The position numbers and the translations under genes are program-made. Below are positions 9,956 through 18,721 of a stretch of 64,000 bases of DNA, in pieces (the stretch's first letter is position 1; each line of letters opens with the position of its first letter). The DNA comes from an uncultured Lachnospiraceae bacterium (GTDB taxonomy: Bacteria; Bacillota; Clostridia; Oscillospirales; CAG-272). Where the stretch lies: positions 107-64,106 of the forward strand of contig CAZCJU010000003.1 in NCBI GenBank assembly GCA_964498965.1, given 5' to 3'. A model generated the notes under the pieces. It was given only the letters and a program-made list of their open reading frames with translations. It had not been told where the DNA came from and searched no databases.

Positions 9956-10699
9956 ATGTCAAAAGATTTCATGTCGGCAATATCCGACTTTATGGATAAA
10001 AGCGTTGAAAAAGCGAACAAGGCGGCAGATGCCGTCGAAAAGCTCGCAGATCTTGTGACGGAGCTTGACGAGGACCTGACATCTATAATGGAGCGTGACC
10101 CCGCCGCACACAGCAAAGCCGAGGTGGCATTGCTTTATTCGGGCTTTCACGCCGTCCTCGCACACAAGCTGTCGCACAAGCTGAATGACAAGCACCCGCT
10201 CGCCGCACGTGCGGTAAGTCAAGGTGCGAGATTTCTTACGGGAATAGAGATACACCCCGCCGCAAAGATAGGAAAGGGGCTGTTCATAGACCACGGAATG
10301 GGAGTGGTTATCGGCGAAACAGCCGAAATAGGCGATAACTGCACGATATATCAAGGTGTTACGCTCGGCGGAACCGGCAAGCACAGCGGAAAGCGTCACC
10401 CGACGCTCGGAAACAACGTAATGGTCGGCTCGGGAGCAAAGGTCCTCGGGCCGTTCAAAGTAGGCGACGGAGCGAAGATAGCCGCCGGAGCCGTCGTGCT
10501 TCATGAAGTACCCGAAAATTCGACCGCAGTCGGCATTCCCGCAAGAACGGTAAACAAAGGTTCGGGTAAATGTCAAAGCAGCGATCTCGATCAGGTTCAC
10601 ATAGCCGATCCCGTTGCACAGGAATTATGCAAGCTTCGCCTCAAAACAGACGAGCTGCAAGCGGAAATAGACAAATTGAAAAAGGAAGAAACGAAATGA
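9956..10699 (+). CDS. cysE: Serine O-acetyltransferase
   Basis: DPAAHSKAEVALLYSGFHAVLAHKLSH N-terminal SATase helix domain plus left-handed beta-helix hexapeptide repeats (GIEIHPAAKIGKGLFIDHGMGVVIGETAEIG). Confidence 0.9.
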   Translation: MSKDFMSAISDFMDKSVEKANKAADAVEKLADLVTELDEDLTSIMERDPAAHSKAEVALLYSGFHAVLAHKLSHKLNDKHPLAARAVSQGARFLTGIEIHPAAKIGKGLFIDHGMGVVIGETAEIGDNCTIYQGVTLGGTGKHSGKRHPTLGNNVMVGSGAKVLGPFKVGDGAKIAAGAVVLHEVPENSTAVGIPARTVNKGSGKCQSSDLDQVHIADPVAQELCKLRLKTDELQAEIDKLKKEETK

Positions 10700-12084
10700 A
10701 GCTTTTCAACACGATGACAGGCGAAAAAACAGAATTCGTCCCCATGGAGGCGGGCAAGGTCAAGATGTATGCCTGCGGACCCACCGTATATAATTATTTC
10801 CACATAGGAAATGCGAGAATGCTCGTCGTATTCGACATGATGAGAAGATATATGGAATACCGAGGCTATGAGGTCAAATTCGTGCAGAATTTCACCGATG
10901 TCGATGACAAAATAATAAAGAAAGCCAACGAGGAGGGCATTTCGTCGAAGGAGCTTTCCGAAAAATATATAAAAGAATACTTCACCGATGCCGAGGGTCT
11001 CGGAATAAGGAAAGCCACCGTACATCCGAAAGCGACGGAAAACATCGACGAAATAATCGATATCGTAAAGACGCTTGTCGATAAGGGCTTTGCTTATCAG
11101 GTAGACTCGGACGTTTATTTCAGCACGAAAAAGTTCGGCGAATACGGCAAGCTGTCGCATATGCCCATAGACGAGCTTGAAGCGGGAGCGAGGATCGATG
11201 TAAACGATATCAAGCGTGACCCGCTTGATTTTGCACTTTGGAAAGGTGCGAAGCCGAACGAGCCGGCATGGGAAAGCCCGTGGGGCATGGGACGTCCCGG
11301 CTGGCATATAGAATGCTCGGCAATGGTTCGTCGTTATCTCGGAAAAACGATAGACATACACTGCGGCGGACGAGATCTTGTCTTTCCGCACCACGAAAAC
11401 GAGATAGCCCAGTCGGAATGTGCAAACGGCTGTGAATTTGTTCGATATTGGGTCCATAACGGCTTCATTTCCGTGGACAACGAAAAAATGTCGAAGTCTG
11501 CCGGGAATTTCTTCACCGTTCGTGAAGTAGCCGAAAAATACGGTTACGACGTTATAAGATATTTCCTGCTTTCCGCACATTACAGAAAGCCTATCAACTA
11601 TTCGCCGGAAATAATAGAGCAGGCGAAAGCCTCGCTTGAGAGAATACACAACTGCGAAGACAACCTATCGTTCATCATGAAGAACGCACCCGACGGAGAA
11701 GCATGCGAAGGTGTCGTATCCGTTTGCGAAAAAAGAAAAGCTCAATTTATCGAAGCTATGGACGACGATTTCAATACTGCGGACGGAATCGCCGCAATAT
11801 TCGAGCTTGTAAAGGATCTCAATTCGGCTTCCAAGAATATGACTGCGGGCTGTGCGAAATACGCATACGGATCGCTTCACGAGCTTACCTCGCTCATGGG
11901 GCTTGACAAAAAGAACGCTGCGGGCATTGACAGCGAATTTATCGAGGCGAAGATCGCCGAGCGTGCGGCGGCAAAGAAAGCCAAAAATTACGCATTGGCA
12001 GATGAAATACGCAAGGAGCTGTCCGATATGGGCATAATTTTAGAGGACACATCTGCCGGAACAAAATACAAATTCAAGGAATGA
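10696..12084 (+). CDS. cysS: Cysteine--tRNA ligase
   Basis: HIGN (YNYFHIGNARM) and KMSKS (EKMSKSAGN) class-I motifs. Track ORF trimmed to ATG 10696 (MKLFNTMTGEK), which overlaps the cysE stop (ATGA). Confidence 0.95.
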   Translation: MKLFNTMTGEKTEFVPMEAGKVKMYACGPTVYNYFHIGNARMLVVFDMMRRYMEYRGYEVKFVQNFTDVDDKIIKKANEEGISSKELSEKYIKEYFTDAEGLGIRKATVHPKATENIDEIIDIVKTLVDKGFAYQVDSDVYFSTKKFGEYGKLSHMPIDELEAGARIDVNDIKRDPLDFALWKGAKPNEPAWESPWGMGRPGWHIECSAMVRRYLGKTIDIHCGGRDLVFPHHENEIAQSECANGCEFVRYWVHNGFISVDNEKMSKSAGNFFTVREVAEKYGYDVIRYFLLSAHYRKPINYSPEIIEQAKASLERIHNCEDNLSFIMKNAPDGEACEGVVSVCEKRKAQFIEAMDDDFNTADGIAAIFELVKDLNSASKNMTAGCAKYAYGSLHELTSLMGLDKKNAAGIDSEFIEAKIAERAAAKKAKNYALADEIRKELSDMGIILEDTSAGTKYKFKE

Positions 12085-14135
12085 AAAAAAAGAAAAAGAT
12101 ACTTAACAAATTTTTTCTGTTCGGTGCGTTTTTCGTGCTTGTGTGTACCGTATATATGATCCGACTTGTAAATCTGCAAATAACGGGTGTTGACCGTTAT
12201 ACGTACAGTGCGTCGCAAACGACCGTATACCGCGAAAGCATTCAGGCGTTGCGAGGAGAGATATTCGACCGCAACGGTGTAAAGCTCGTGGCGAACGTCC
12301 GCACGTACTCGATCGAATTCGATTACGAGGCACTCGATGCCGCTTCGTCGGGCAAAAACGCCGCGATTGCCGAAGCCATATCCGTTCTCGAAGCGTGCGG
12401 GTGCGAGATCAAAACGGATTCGCCTTTTTCGGGTACATATCCGCACGTTCAATACAACGAAAAGCTGGAGCTTACCCGAATCAAATCGAGATTTGACAAT
12501 TTTTGCCGCAGTGCCGAGCTTGACGAGGACGTTTCGTGTATAGATTTTTACGAGTATCTGCTTGATCGGTATCGCCTTGTCGATAAAAGCGGAAATTTCA
12601 AGATCGACGCACGATATGTCGACACCGTAGTTGCCATAAGATACGATATGGAAACCTGCAATTTTTCGTCGTCAAGTCCGTATGTTCTCGTAAGCGATGC
12701 CGACAGTGCGTTGATCACGGCGATAAAAGAGCATGGCTGTCAGGGCGTGCGAACGGAAACCGAATGCAGCCGAGAGTATCTTTTTCCCGGTTCGGCATCG
12801 CACATTCTCGGCAGAGTAGGCAGCATTCCCGCCGAGGATAAGGAATACTATCTCGCAAAGGGCTACAGTCTTGATGCGACAGTCGGCATAGACGGAGTGG
12901 AAAAAGCATTCGAAGAGCTTTTGCGAGGTATCGACGGCGTTTGCGTGATAGAAAAGGACGAGAGCGGAAATGTTGTAAATTCGTACATTGAAAAAGAAGC
13001 CGTGGCGGGCAAAAACGTCTGGCTTACTATAGATATCGAGCTTCAACAGACCGCCGAAAAAGCACTTGCCGAAAATGTGGCATGGGTCAGAGAAAAGGGC
13101 GAAGCAACGGGCGAGGTAAACCAAGGCGAAAAAGCGGACAGCGGAGCGGTGACGGTGATAAATACGAACACCTTTGAAGTGCTTGCAATGGCATCGTACC
13201 CGACCTATGACTTAAACACGTTCGGCGAAAATTATTCTTCGCTCTTAAGCGACGAAAAAAAGCCGCTTTTCAACCGAGCTTTATTCGGAAACTACGAACC
13301 CGGTTCCACATTCAAGGTCGCAACATCCATAGCGGCACTCACCGAGGGAACGATAACCGCTTCGACGACGATATACGATTCGGGAAAATACGAATATTAC
13401 AAGGACTATCAGCCTAAATGCTGGCTTCACTCCGGACACGGAAACGTAAACGTGGTGTCCGCTCTCGGCTATTCATGCAATATATTTTTCTATGATGTCG
13501 GCAGGCGAATGGGAATAAACACGCTCAATGCCTACTGTACCAAGTTAGGACTCGGCGAATACACGGGAATAGAGATCTCGGAATCAAAGGGCGTACTTGC
13601 CTCTCCCGAGGCAAAGGAAGAAGCGGGAGGCGGCATATGGGTGCCGGGCGACACACTGCAAGCGGCGATCGGTCAGTCCCTGAATGCGGTAACTCCCTTG
13701 CAGCTTTCCTCGTACATTTCGACGGTAATTAACGGAGGAACACGGTACAAATGCACGCTTCTTTATAAGACCGTGCTTTATTCGGGTGAGGACGAGGAAT
13801 ACAACGTCCCCGTCGTTCTCGACTCCGTAAGCATTTCGCAATACAATGTAAACCTCGTAAAAAAGGGAATGAAAATGGCGAAGGAAAACACCTCGACCAC
13901 AAAGAAGTATAAGTTTTCTTTCGGTGCGAAAACGGGTACGGCACAGATATCAAAGGACAGCAACAATGCACTTATTACGGCATTCGCTCCCTATAACGAT
14001 CCAGAAATAACTGTTTCGTGCGTTATCGAGCAGGGTTTTTCGGGCGTAAATGCCGCACCTACCGTGTTAAAGGTCATATCGCACTATTTCGATCTCAACG
14101 ACGACGGCTCGGAAAAAACGAATACGGAACAGTAA
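12081..14135 (+). CDS. Class B penicillin-binding protein (PBP2/SpoVD-type transpeptidase)
   Basis: N-terminal TM. SxxK (GSTFKV), SxN (YSCN) and KTG (AKTGTA) motifs. The ATG overlaps the cysS stop (ATGA). Confidence 0.9.
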   Translation: MKKKKKILNKFFLFGAFFVLVCTVYMIRLVNLQITGVDRYTYSASQTTVYRESIQALRGEIFDRNGVKLVANVRTYSIEFDYEALDAASSGKNAAIAEAISVLEACGCEIKTDSPFSGTYPHVQYNEKLELTRIKSRFDNFCRSAELDEDVSCIDFYEYLLDRYRLVDKSGNFKIDARYVDTVVAIRYDMETCNFSSSSPYVLVSDADSALITAIKEHGCQGVRTETECSREYLFPGSASHILGRVGSIPAEDKEYYLAKGYSLDATVGIDGVEKAFEELLRGIDGVCVIEKDESGNVVNSYIEKEAVAGKNVWLTIDIELQQTAEKALAENVAWVREKGEATGEVNQGEKADSGAVTVINTNTFEVLAMASYPTYDLNTFGENYSSLLSDEKKPLFNRALFGNYEPGSTFKVATSIAALTEGTITASTTIYDSGKYEYYKDYQPKCWLHSGHGNVNVVSALGYSCNIFFYDVGRRMGINTLNAYCTKLGLGEYTGIEISESKGVLASPEAKEEAGGGIWVPGDTLQAAIGQSLNAVTPLQLSSYISTVINGGTRYKCTLLYKTVLYSGEDEEYNVPVVLDSVSISQYNVNLVKKGMKMAKENTSTTKKYKFSFGAKTGTAQISKDSNNALITAFAPYNDPEITVSCVIEQGFSGVNAAPTVLKVISHYFDLNDDGSEKTNTEQ

Positions 14136-14196
14136 ACGCAAAACGGTTTCGTGTTTAACAAGGTCCGTGTTTATCGAAAATTTTCGTAAAAAGCTC

Positions 14197-14240
14197 ATAC
14201 CGCACTCTTTGACAGGGTGCGGTATTTGTTGCTTTTCGTT
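14197..14240 (+). terminator. Rho-independent terminator after PBP gene
   Basis: ATACCGCAC (14197-14205) pairs with GTGCGGTAT (14217-14225), followed by TTGTTGCTTTTCGTTT. Confidence 0.6.
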
Positions 14241-14299
14241 TCGGGCGGAAATTTTTTGACAACTTTAAGTTGCAAACCGGTCGTTGCCTTATCGATTTC

Positions 14300-14445
14300 G
14301 AGCCGCACAGACTGACTTAGATAGTACGATAGGATAATGCCCTCATCCGTCAATCCTTCGGATTGCCGCCTTTCCCCGGTGGGGGAAGGCTTACGAGAGA
14401 GGTTTCGCCGACACCTTTCCCCGGTAGGGGAAGGCTTACGGGGAT
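14300..14445 (+). repeat. Modular hairpin intergenic repeat, copy A (most complete)
   Basis: M1 GCACAGACTGACTTAGATAGTAC (14305-14327). M2 GGATAATGCCCTCATCCGTC (14332-14351). UUCG hairpin CAATCCttcgGGATTG (14351-14365). Two CCTTTCCCC-ggtr-GGGGAAGG hairpins, each followed by CTTACGRG (14368-14398 and 14414-14443). Homologous copies at 43060, 61165, 35868, 48594 and 54905. Confidence 0.8.
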
Positions 14446-14561
14446 ATGCGAAAAAATTTTTGAAATGCGAGCTTACAAACCAAAAGCGAAATTTCACAGT
14501 ATAAAACTCCTTTATTGACAGATAATAACAGTATCACAGAAGCGAAAAGGAGATTTTATAT

Positions 14562-15092
14562 ATGAAAGCCACGGGAATCGTAAGGAAGATCGACGATTTG
14601 GGACGAATAGTTATTCCGAAAGAGATACGTCGAACGCTGTTTATTCGAGAGGGCGATCCGCTTGAAATATATGTCGGCGGTGACGGAGATATAATTTTCA
14701 GGAAATATTCACCGGTAAAGGAACTGGGAGCCATAGCCGCCGACATAGTATGCGGCGTGGCAAAGGCTTGCTCGTCGGGTGCGGCTGTATTCGACCGCGA
14801 CGAGCTGTCCGCACACTGTTCCCTGCCCAAATCGGCGGCAAGCGGAAAGATGTCGAAAAAGCTGTCCGATATTTGCGTACAGCGTAAGCCTGTGCTGTGC
14901 ATCGACGAAAATGTGCCGTTTACCGAGGGCGGCACACTTCTTGTCGATGCGTGCTGTCCGATAGTCGCAAACGGCGAGGTGATCGGCTGTGTGGCATCGG
15001 CACGCCACGAAGACGGCGGAAGCGGTCGTGACGGCTCGCTCAAAGCGGTAAGTGTTGCGGCATATTTTCTCGGAACGAGGCTTTCCGATTGA
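14562..15092 (+). CDS. spoVT: Stage V sporulation protein T (AbrB-family regulator with C-terminal GAF-like domain)
   Basis: MKATGIVRKIDDLGRIVIPKEIRRTLFIREGDPLEIY is the AbrB/SpoVT swapped-hairpin domain. Length of 176 aa fits SpoVT rather than AbrB. AAAGGAG lies upstream of the ATG. Confidence 0.9.
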   Translation: MKATGIVRKIDDLGRIVIPKEIRRTLFIREGDPLEIYVGGDGDIIFRKYSPVKELGAIAADIVCGVAKACSSGAAVFDRDELSAHCSLPKSAASGKMSKKLSDICVQRKPVLCIDENVPFTEGGTLLVDACCPIVANGEVIGCVASARHEDGGSGRDGSLKAVSVAAYFLGTRLSD

Positions 15093-15141
15093 ATTTTGCG
15101 TGCATTTTCGGAAAGATTTCAAAAAATAATGTAAAATGTTA

Positions 15142-15170
15142 TTGATTTTTGCGATAAGATAATATATAAT
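15142..15170 (+). promoter_or_regulatory. Sigma-A-type promoter for fba
   Basis: TTGATT (15142-15147), 17-nt spacer, TATAAT (15165-15170). Confidence 0.5.
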
Positions 15171-15253
15171 ATACGATATAGGTACGTTTTGTCGATACTT
15201 CGACACCGATACGTATCGGAAAATATTAAAATTATTTTATCGGGAGTTTTAAA

Positions 15254-16183
15254 ATGGCACTTGTAACAACTAAAGAAATGTTTGCGAAAGCATATGCGGG
15301 CGGATACGCCATAGGAGCATTCAACATCAATAACATGGAGATCATTCAGGCAGTCGCCGACGCTTGTGCGGAGGAAAAGTCACCTGTTATTTTGCAGGTT
15401 TCGACCAGTGCGTTAAAGTATGCGAAGCTTCCCTATCTGCGTGCTATGGTAGATGCGGCGATAGAGGACACAGGCGTTGATATTGCACTTCACCTCGATC
15501 ACGGTCCGGATTTCGAGGCTTGCAAGATGTGTGTTGACGGCGGCTTCACCTCCGTCATGATAGACGGCTCGTCGCACCCGTTCAAGGAGAACATCGAAAT
15601 AACGAAGCGTGTCGTTGATTACGCACACGCACACGGCGTTACCGTTGAGGGAGAGCTTGGGAAGCTTGCCGGTGTTGAGGACGATGTAAACGTAAGTGCG
15701 GAGGATTCCACCTACACGCACCCCGCAGAGGCAGAAGAATTCGTAAAGGCTACGGGCGTTGACTCGCTTGCCATAGCGATAGGAACGAGCCACGGAGCAT
15801 ACAAATTCAAGGGTGAGGCGAAGCTTCGTTTCGACATTCTCGACGAAGTCGCTCAAAGGCTTCCCGGCTTCCCCATAGTTCTTCACGGAGCGTCGGGTAT
15901 AGATCCCGCTGTTATAGAGCTTATCAACAAATGCGGCGGCAAGATCGACGGTGCGGCAGGCGTACCCGCCGAGATGCTCAGACGTGCTGCATCGGGAGCG
16001 GTATGTAAGATAAACATGGATTCCGACATAAGGCTCGCACTCACGGCGGGCATCCGAGAAACGTTTGTAAACGATCCGTCTGTATTCGACCCGAGAAAGT
16101 ACCTCGGCCATGCAAGAGATATGGTAAAGGCACTTGTAAAGGACAAGATAGAGAACGTACTCGGCTCAAACAACAGAGCGTAA
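15254..16183 (+). CDS. fba: Class II fructose-1,6-bisphosphate aldolase
   Basis: GAFNINNMEIIQAV, HLDHG and VLHGASG motifs of class II ketose-bisphosphate aldolases. 309 aa. Confidence 0.9.
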   Translation: MALVTTKEMFAKAYAGGYAIGAFNINNMEIIQAVADACAEEKSPVILQVSTSALKYAKLPYLRAMVDAAIEDTGVDIALHLDHGPDFEACKMCVDGGFTSVMIDGSSHPFKENIEITKRVVDYAHAHGVTVEGELGKLAGVEDDVNVSAEDSTYTHPAEAEEFVKATGVDSLAIAIGTSHGAYKFKGEAKLRFDILDEVAQRLPGFPIVLHGASGIDPAVIELINKCGGKIDGAAGVPAEMLRRAASGAVCKINMDSDIRLALTAGIRETFVNDPSVFDPRKYLGHARDMVKALVKDKIENVLGSNNRA

Positions 16184-16920
16184 TGAAAAAAATTACGGAT
16201 ATTACCGTAAATTCGCACGACACGGACGGATCGGGAACGGTCCGTCTGTCGTGTACCGTGCGTTATATGCAGGAATGTGCGATGCTTCAATTACAGCACA
16301 CACACCCGACCTCGGAGGAATTGCGGCAACGTCGGCAGGCCTTCATCATAAGCAAGATGAGCGTAAAATGCTTCGCACCGCTTTTCGCATACGACGATCT
16401 TGAGGTACAGACGTGGCTCGCCGCTTTTCACGGCGTTACATACGACAGAGTATACAGAATAAAGAGAAACGGTGTAACGGTTGCCGAGGCGGCATCGATA
16501 TGGTGTCTTATCGGTTCGGGGAAAAAGCTTTTGCGTGCCGATACATGGGACAACACGCCGCACACGGACGATGACAGCGTAGACGTTGCGATCTCGCATC
16601 GGTCGTTTTTTCCGAGCGACGATACACTTGAGCAAGTCGGCGAAAAGCTCGTATCGTACGGCGACATCGATTCTAACCGTCATTTTAACAACACACATTA
16701 TCCCGATATGTACTGTTCCTTTATACCGGAGCTGAACGATTTTTCACTCGGGAAAAAATTTTTCATAAGCGATTACTCGGTCAAATTTTTAAACGAAGCC
16801 CCGCTCGGGGAGCGGTTGACTGTATATCGGTCCAAAACCGATGATGTATATTATTTCAAAACCGTCAGAGCGGACGGTTTGATCAACACGGAAGCACGTC
16901 TGTGTATTGCCGAATATTAA
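16183..16920 (+). CDS. Acyl-ACP thioesterase family protein
   Basis: 245 aa with a double hot-dog style layout. N-terminal VNSHDTDGSGTVRLSCTVRYMQECA resembles the acyl-ACP thioesterase family (from memory). The ATG overlaps the fba stop (TAATG). Confidence 0.6.
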   Translation: MKKITDITVNSHDTDGSGTVRLSCTVRYMQECAMLQLQHTHPTSEELRQRRQAFIISKMSVKCFAPLFAYDDLEVQTWLAAFHGVTYDRVYRIKRNGVTVAEAASIWCLIGSGKKLLRADTWDNTPHTDDDSVDVAISHRSFFPSDDTLEQVGEKLVSYGDIDSNRHFNNTHYPDMYCSFIPELNDFSLGKKFFISDYSVKFLNEAPLGERLTVYRSKTDDVYYFKTVRADGLINTEARLCIAEY

Positions 16921-16930
16921 GGAGGGAAAA

Positions 16931-18574
16931 TTGAAAAACAGATTTCTTACTTTTATCGGTATAATTTTGCTTTTTATCCCGACCGCCATTGCGATAGCCG
17001 TATACAATCCTCCGACACAGTCATTGCTGCAATCGTCCTCGGAGATCGAGAGCATGGTCGTTACCGATCCGTCGGGTGTGCTTCACAGCATATCGTCGAA
17101 GGACGAAATAGCGACGGTTTCGACGTTGCTTCACGGAAAGGAGCTTGACGGTCTGCCGTCCGCTGCTTTAGATTACGGAAAATTCGACATAACGCTGAAT
17201 GCGGGCGATGAAAGCGATGTCTATACGGTTTACGCAAATATAGACGATCTCGACGGCATATATTACAAGCACGGCGAAAAATATTACAAGGCGGACACGA
17301 GCGTCAGCGAGAGCTTTCTTTCCTCCTCCTTTTCCGCTTCCCTTTACAATGCAGACGCTCCCACACTGACCGTCGGCGATTCCGTATCTATAGCTCCTTG
17401 TGAGATCGAATGGAGATACAGGCTCGTAAACGGCGAATATGCGAATGCGGAGCTTACGACGAGCGACAAAAAGCAAAACGGCGGTGAGGGCAAGGGCGAT
17501 CTTAATCTCAAATTTTCAAGAACTCCCGACACAGCCATAATAACGTTTTCACATGACGGCGAGGAATACAAGCGTACCGTACTTGACAGCACGTTTGACG
17601 GTGTTGAGGTTGACGAAGCGACAGTGTTTTCGGTAAGAATAGAAGCTCAATGGGACACATCGACGGTTCATTCCGGCGGCAGTGCCGTGTACGAGTTTGA
17701 ATACACCGTCGGCGGCAAGCCCGCATTCGAGATATATTCCTACGGTGTTCACGCCGGCAAAGTCACGACCGAGCAGGGCGGTATCATTGTAATTACCGCA
17801 AAGAACGCCGAGGTTGACAAGCTCAAAATCGAAATTTCTCCGCACGGCTTCACCGACAGCTTTACACCGACCTTTTACGGCGACGGTGAGATAAAGTACG
17901 CACTTATTCCGACAAGCTATGTGACGGAGGTATCGGACGAATACGAAATCAAGCTGTCCTATGAGAACAAGACATACACCTATTCCGCAAGCGTAACGGA
18001 AAGAACCTCCGGAACGGGCAAAAAGGAATATTCCTCCAAGGCTTCGGCAATAGAAAAATACATTAACGACGACAGCGTGTCATCACTGAAAAAGCTCATA
18101 TCCGACATTGCCGCACTCGATACATCATCGACGTATATCGGTTCGAACGATATCGTATTTCCCGGCGGAGTGACGACGCATCGCACCGGCTACGGCCTTT
18201 TGATGACCTTCAAAAGCATTGACGGCTTGAGCTTTAATCACTGCGGTATCGACGTGAAGATCAGGGACGGCAAGGACGTGACCGCTTCAAGTGACGGTAC
18301 GGTCGTTTACGTCGGCACGGACACGATATTCGGCGGCGTTGTTGTCATCGATCACGGACTCGGAATACGCAGTATGTATTGCAGAGTAAGCACCGATATA
18401 GTAAAAGTCGGCGATGCGATAAAGCAGGGCGACACGATAGCGAAAGCGGACGGCAGCGGCTTCGGCGACAGCGAGCGTGTGCATTACAGTGTAATGCTCG
18501 GCGATGCGTTTATTTCTCCGTTACTTCTCATCGAGAACGGTTTCCCCGACAATTTTCCTATCACAGCGGAATGA
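16931..18574 (+). CDS. Membrane-anchored protein with C-terminal LytM/M23 domain (probably non-catalytic)
   Basis: TTG at 16931 lies 5 nt after AGGAGG (16920-16925). N-terminal TM FLTFIGIILLFIPTAIAIAVY. C-terminal HCGID..DGTVVYVG..GDTIAKADGSGFGDSERVHYSV aligns to M23 motifs HxxxD and HxH, with substitutions (see finding). Confidence 0.8.
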   Translation: MKNRFLTFIGIILLFIPTAIAIAVYNPPTQSLLQSSSEIESMVVTDPSGVLHSISSKDEIATVSTLLHGKELDGLPSAALDYGKFDITLNAGDESDVYTVYANIDDLDGIYYKHGEKYYKADTSVSESFLSSSFSASLYNADAPTLTVGDSVSIAPCEIEWRYRLVNGEYANAELTTSDKKQNGGEGKGDLNLKFSRTPDTAIITFSHDGEEYKRTVLDSTFDGVEVDEATVFSVRIEAQWDTSTVHSGGSAVYEFEYTVGGKPAFEIYSYGVHAGKVTTEQGGIIVITAKNAEVDKLKIEISPHGFTDSFTPTFYGDGEIKYALIPTSYVTEVSDEYEIKLSYENKTYTYSASVTERTSGTGKKEYSSKASAIEKYINDDSVSSLKKLISDIAALDTSSTYIGSNDIVFPGGVTTHRTGYGLLMTFKSIDGLSFNHCGIDVKIRDGKDVTASSDGTVVYVGTDTIFGGVVVIDHGLGIRSMYCRVSTDIVKVGDAIKQGDTIAKADGSGFGDSERVHYSVMLGDAFISPLLLIENGFPDNFPITAE

Positions 18575-18585
18575 ATCGAAAATTT

Positions 18586-18616
18586 CCCACCGCAACTGCG
18601 GTGGGATTTTTTGTTT
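18586..18616 (+). terminator. Rho-independent terminator after LytM gene
   Basis: CCCACCGC-aact-GCGGTGGG followed by ATTTTTTGTTTT. Confidence 0.75.
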
Positions 18617-18721
18617 TGCCGTTTATATTTCGGTCTTTCGGTCAACAATTAATTGTCAATGACCGATTGCCGGCAACCGATCGGCAATTGATCGGGAATC
18701 GAAAGAAAACGGGGGGACAAA

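Noticed and set aside
10570-10695. 42-aa N-terminal extension of cysS in the ORF track, and similar extensions for spoIIIAE, GldG-like, DUF4340-like, lexA, trkH, mutS, trmL, nrnA and ytvI
   Set aside because: The extensions overlap the preceding gene in another frame and lack an RBS. Internal ATGs with an RBS or ATGA/TAATG coupling give canonical N-termini.
14195-14497. 100-aa minus-strand ORF (MKFRFWFVSS...PSPTGERCRRNLSRKPSPTGERRQSEGLTDEG...)
   Set aside because: It is the read-through translation of repeat copy A: the duplicated PSPTGER comes from the two GC hairpins. It has no RBS, sits in an intergenic position and has low-complexity composition. I treat it as a spurious ORF.
14461-14561. 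Sigma-G/sigma-F type promoter for spoVT
   Set aside because: I could not place a GHATR-N17/18-CATxxTA arrangement at proper spacing. The TTGACA at about 14515 has no matching -10. No call made.
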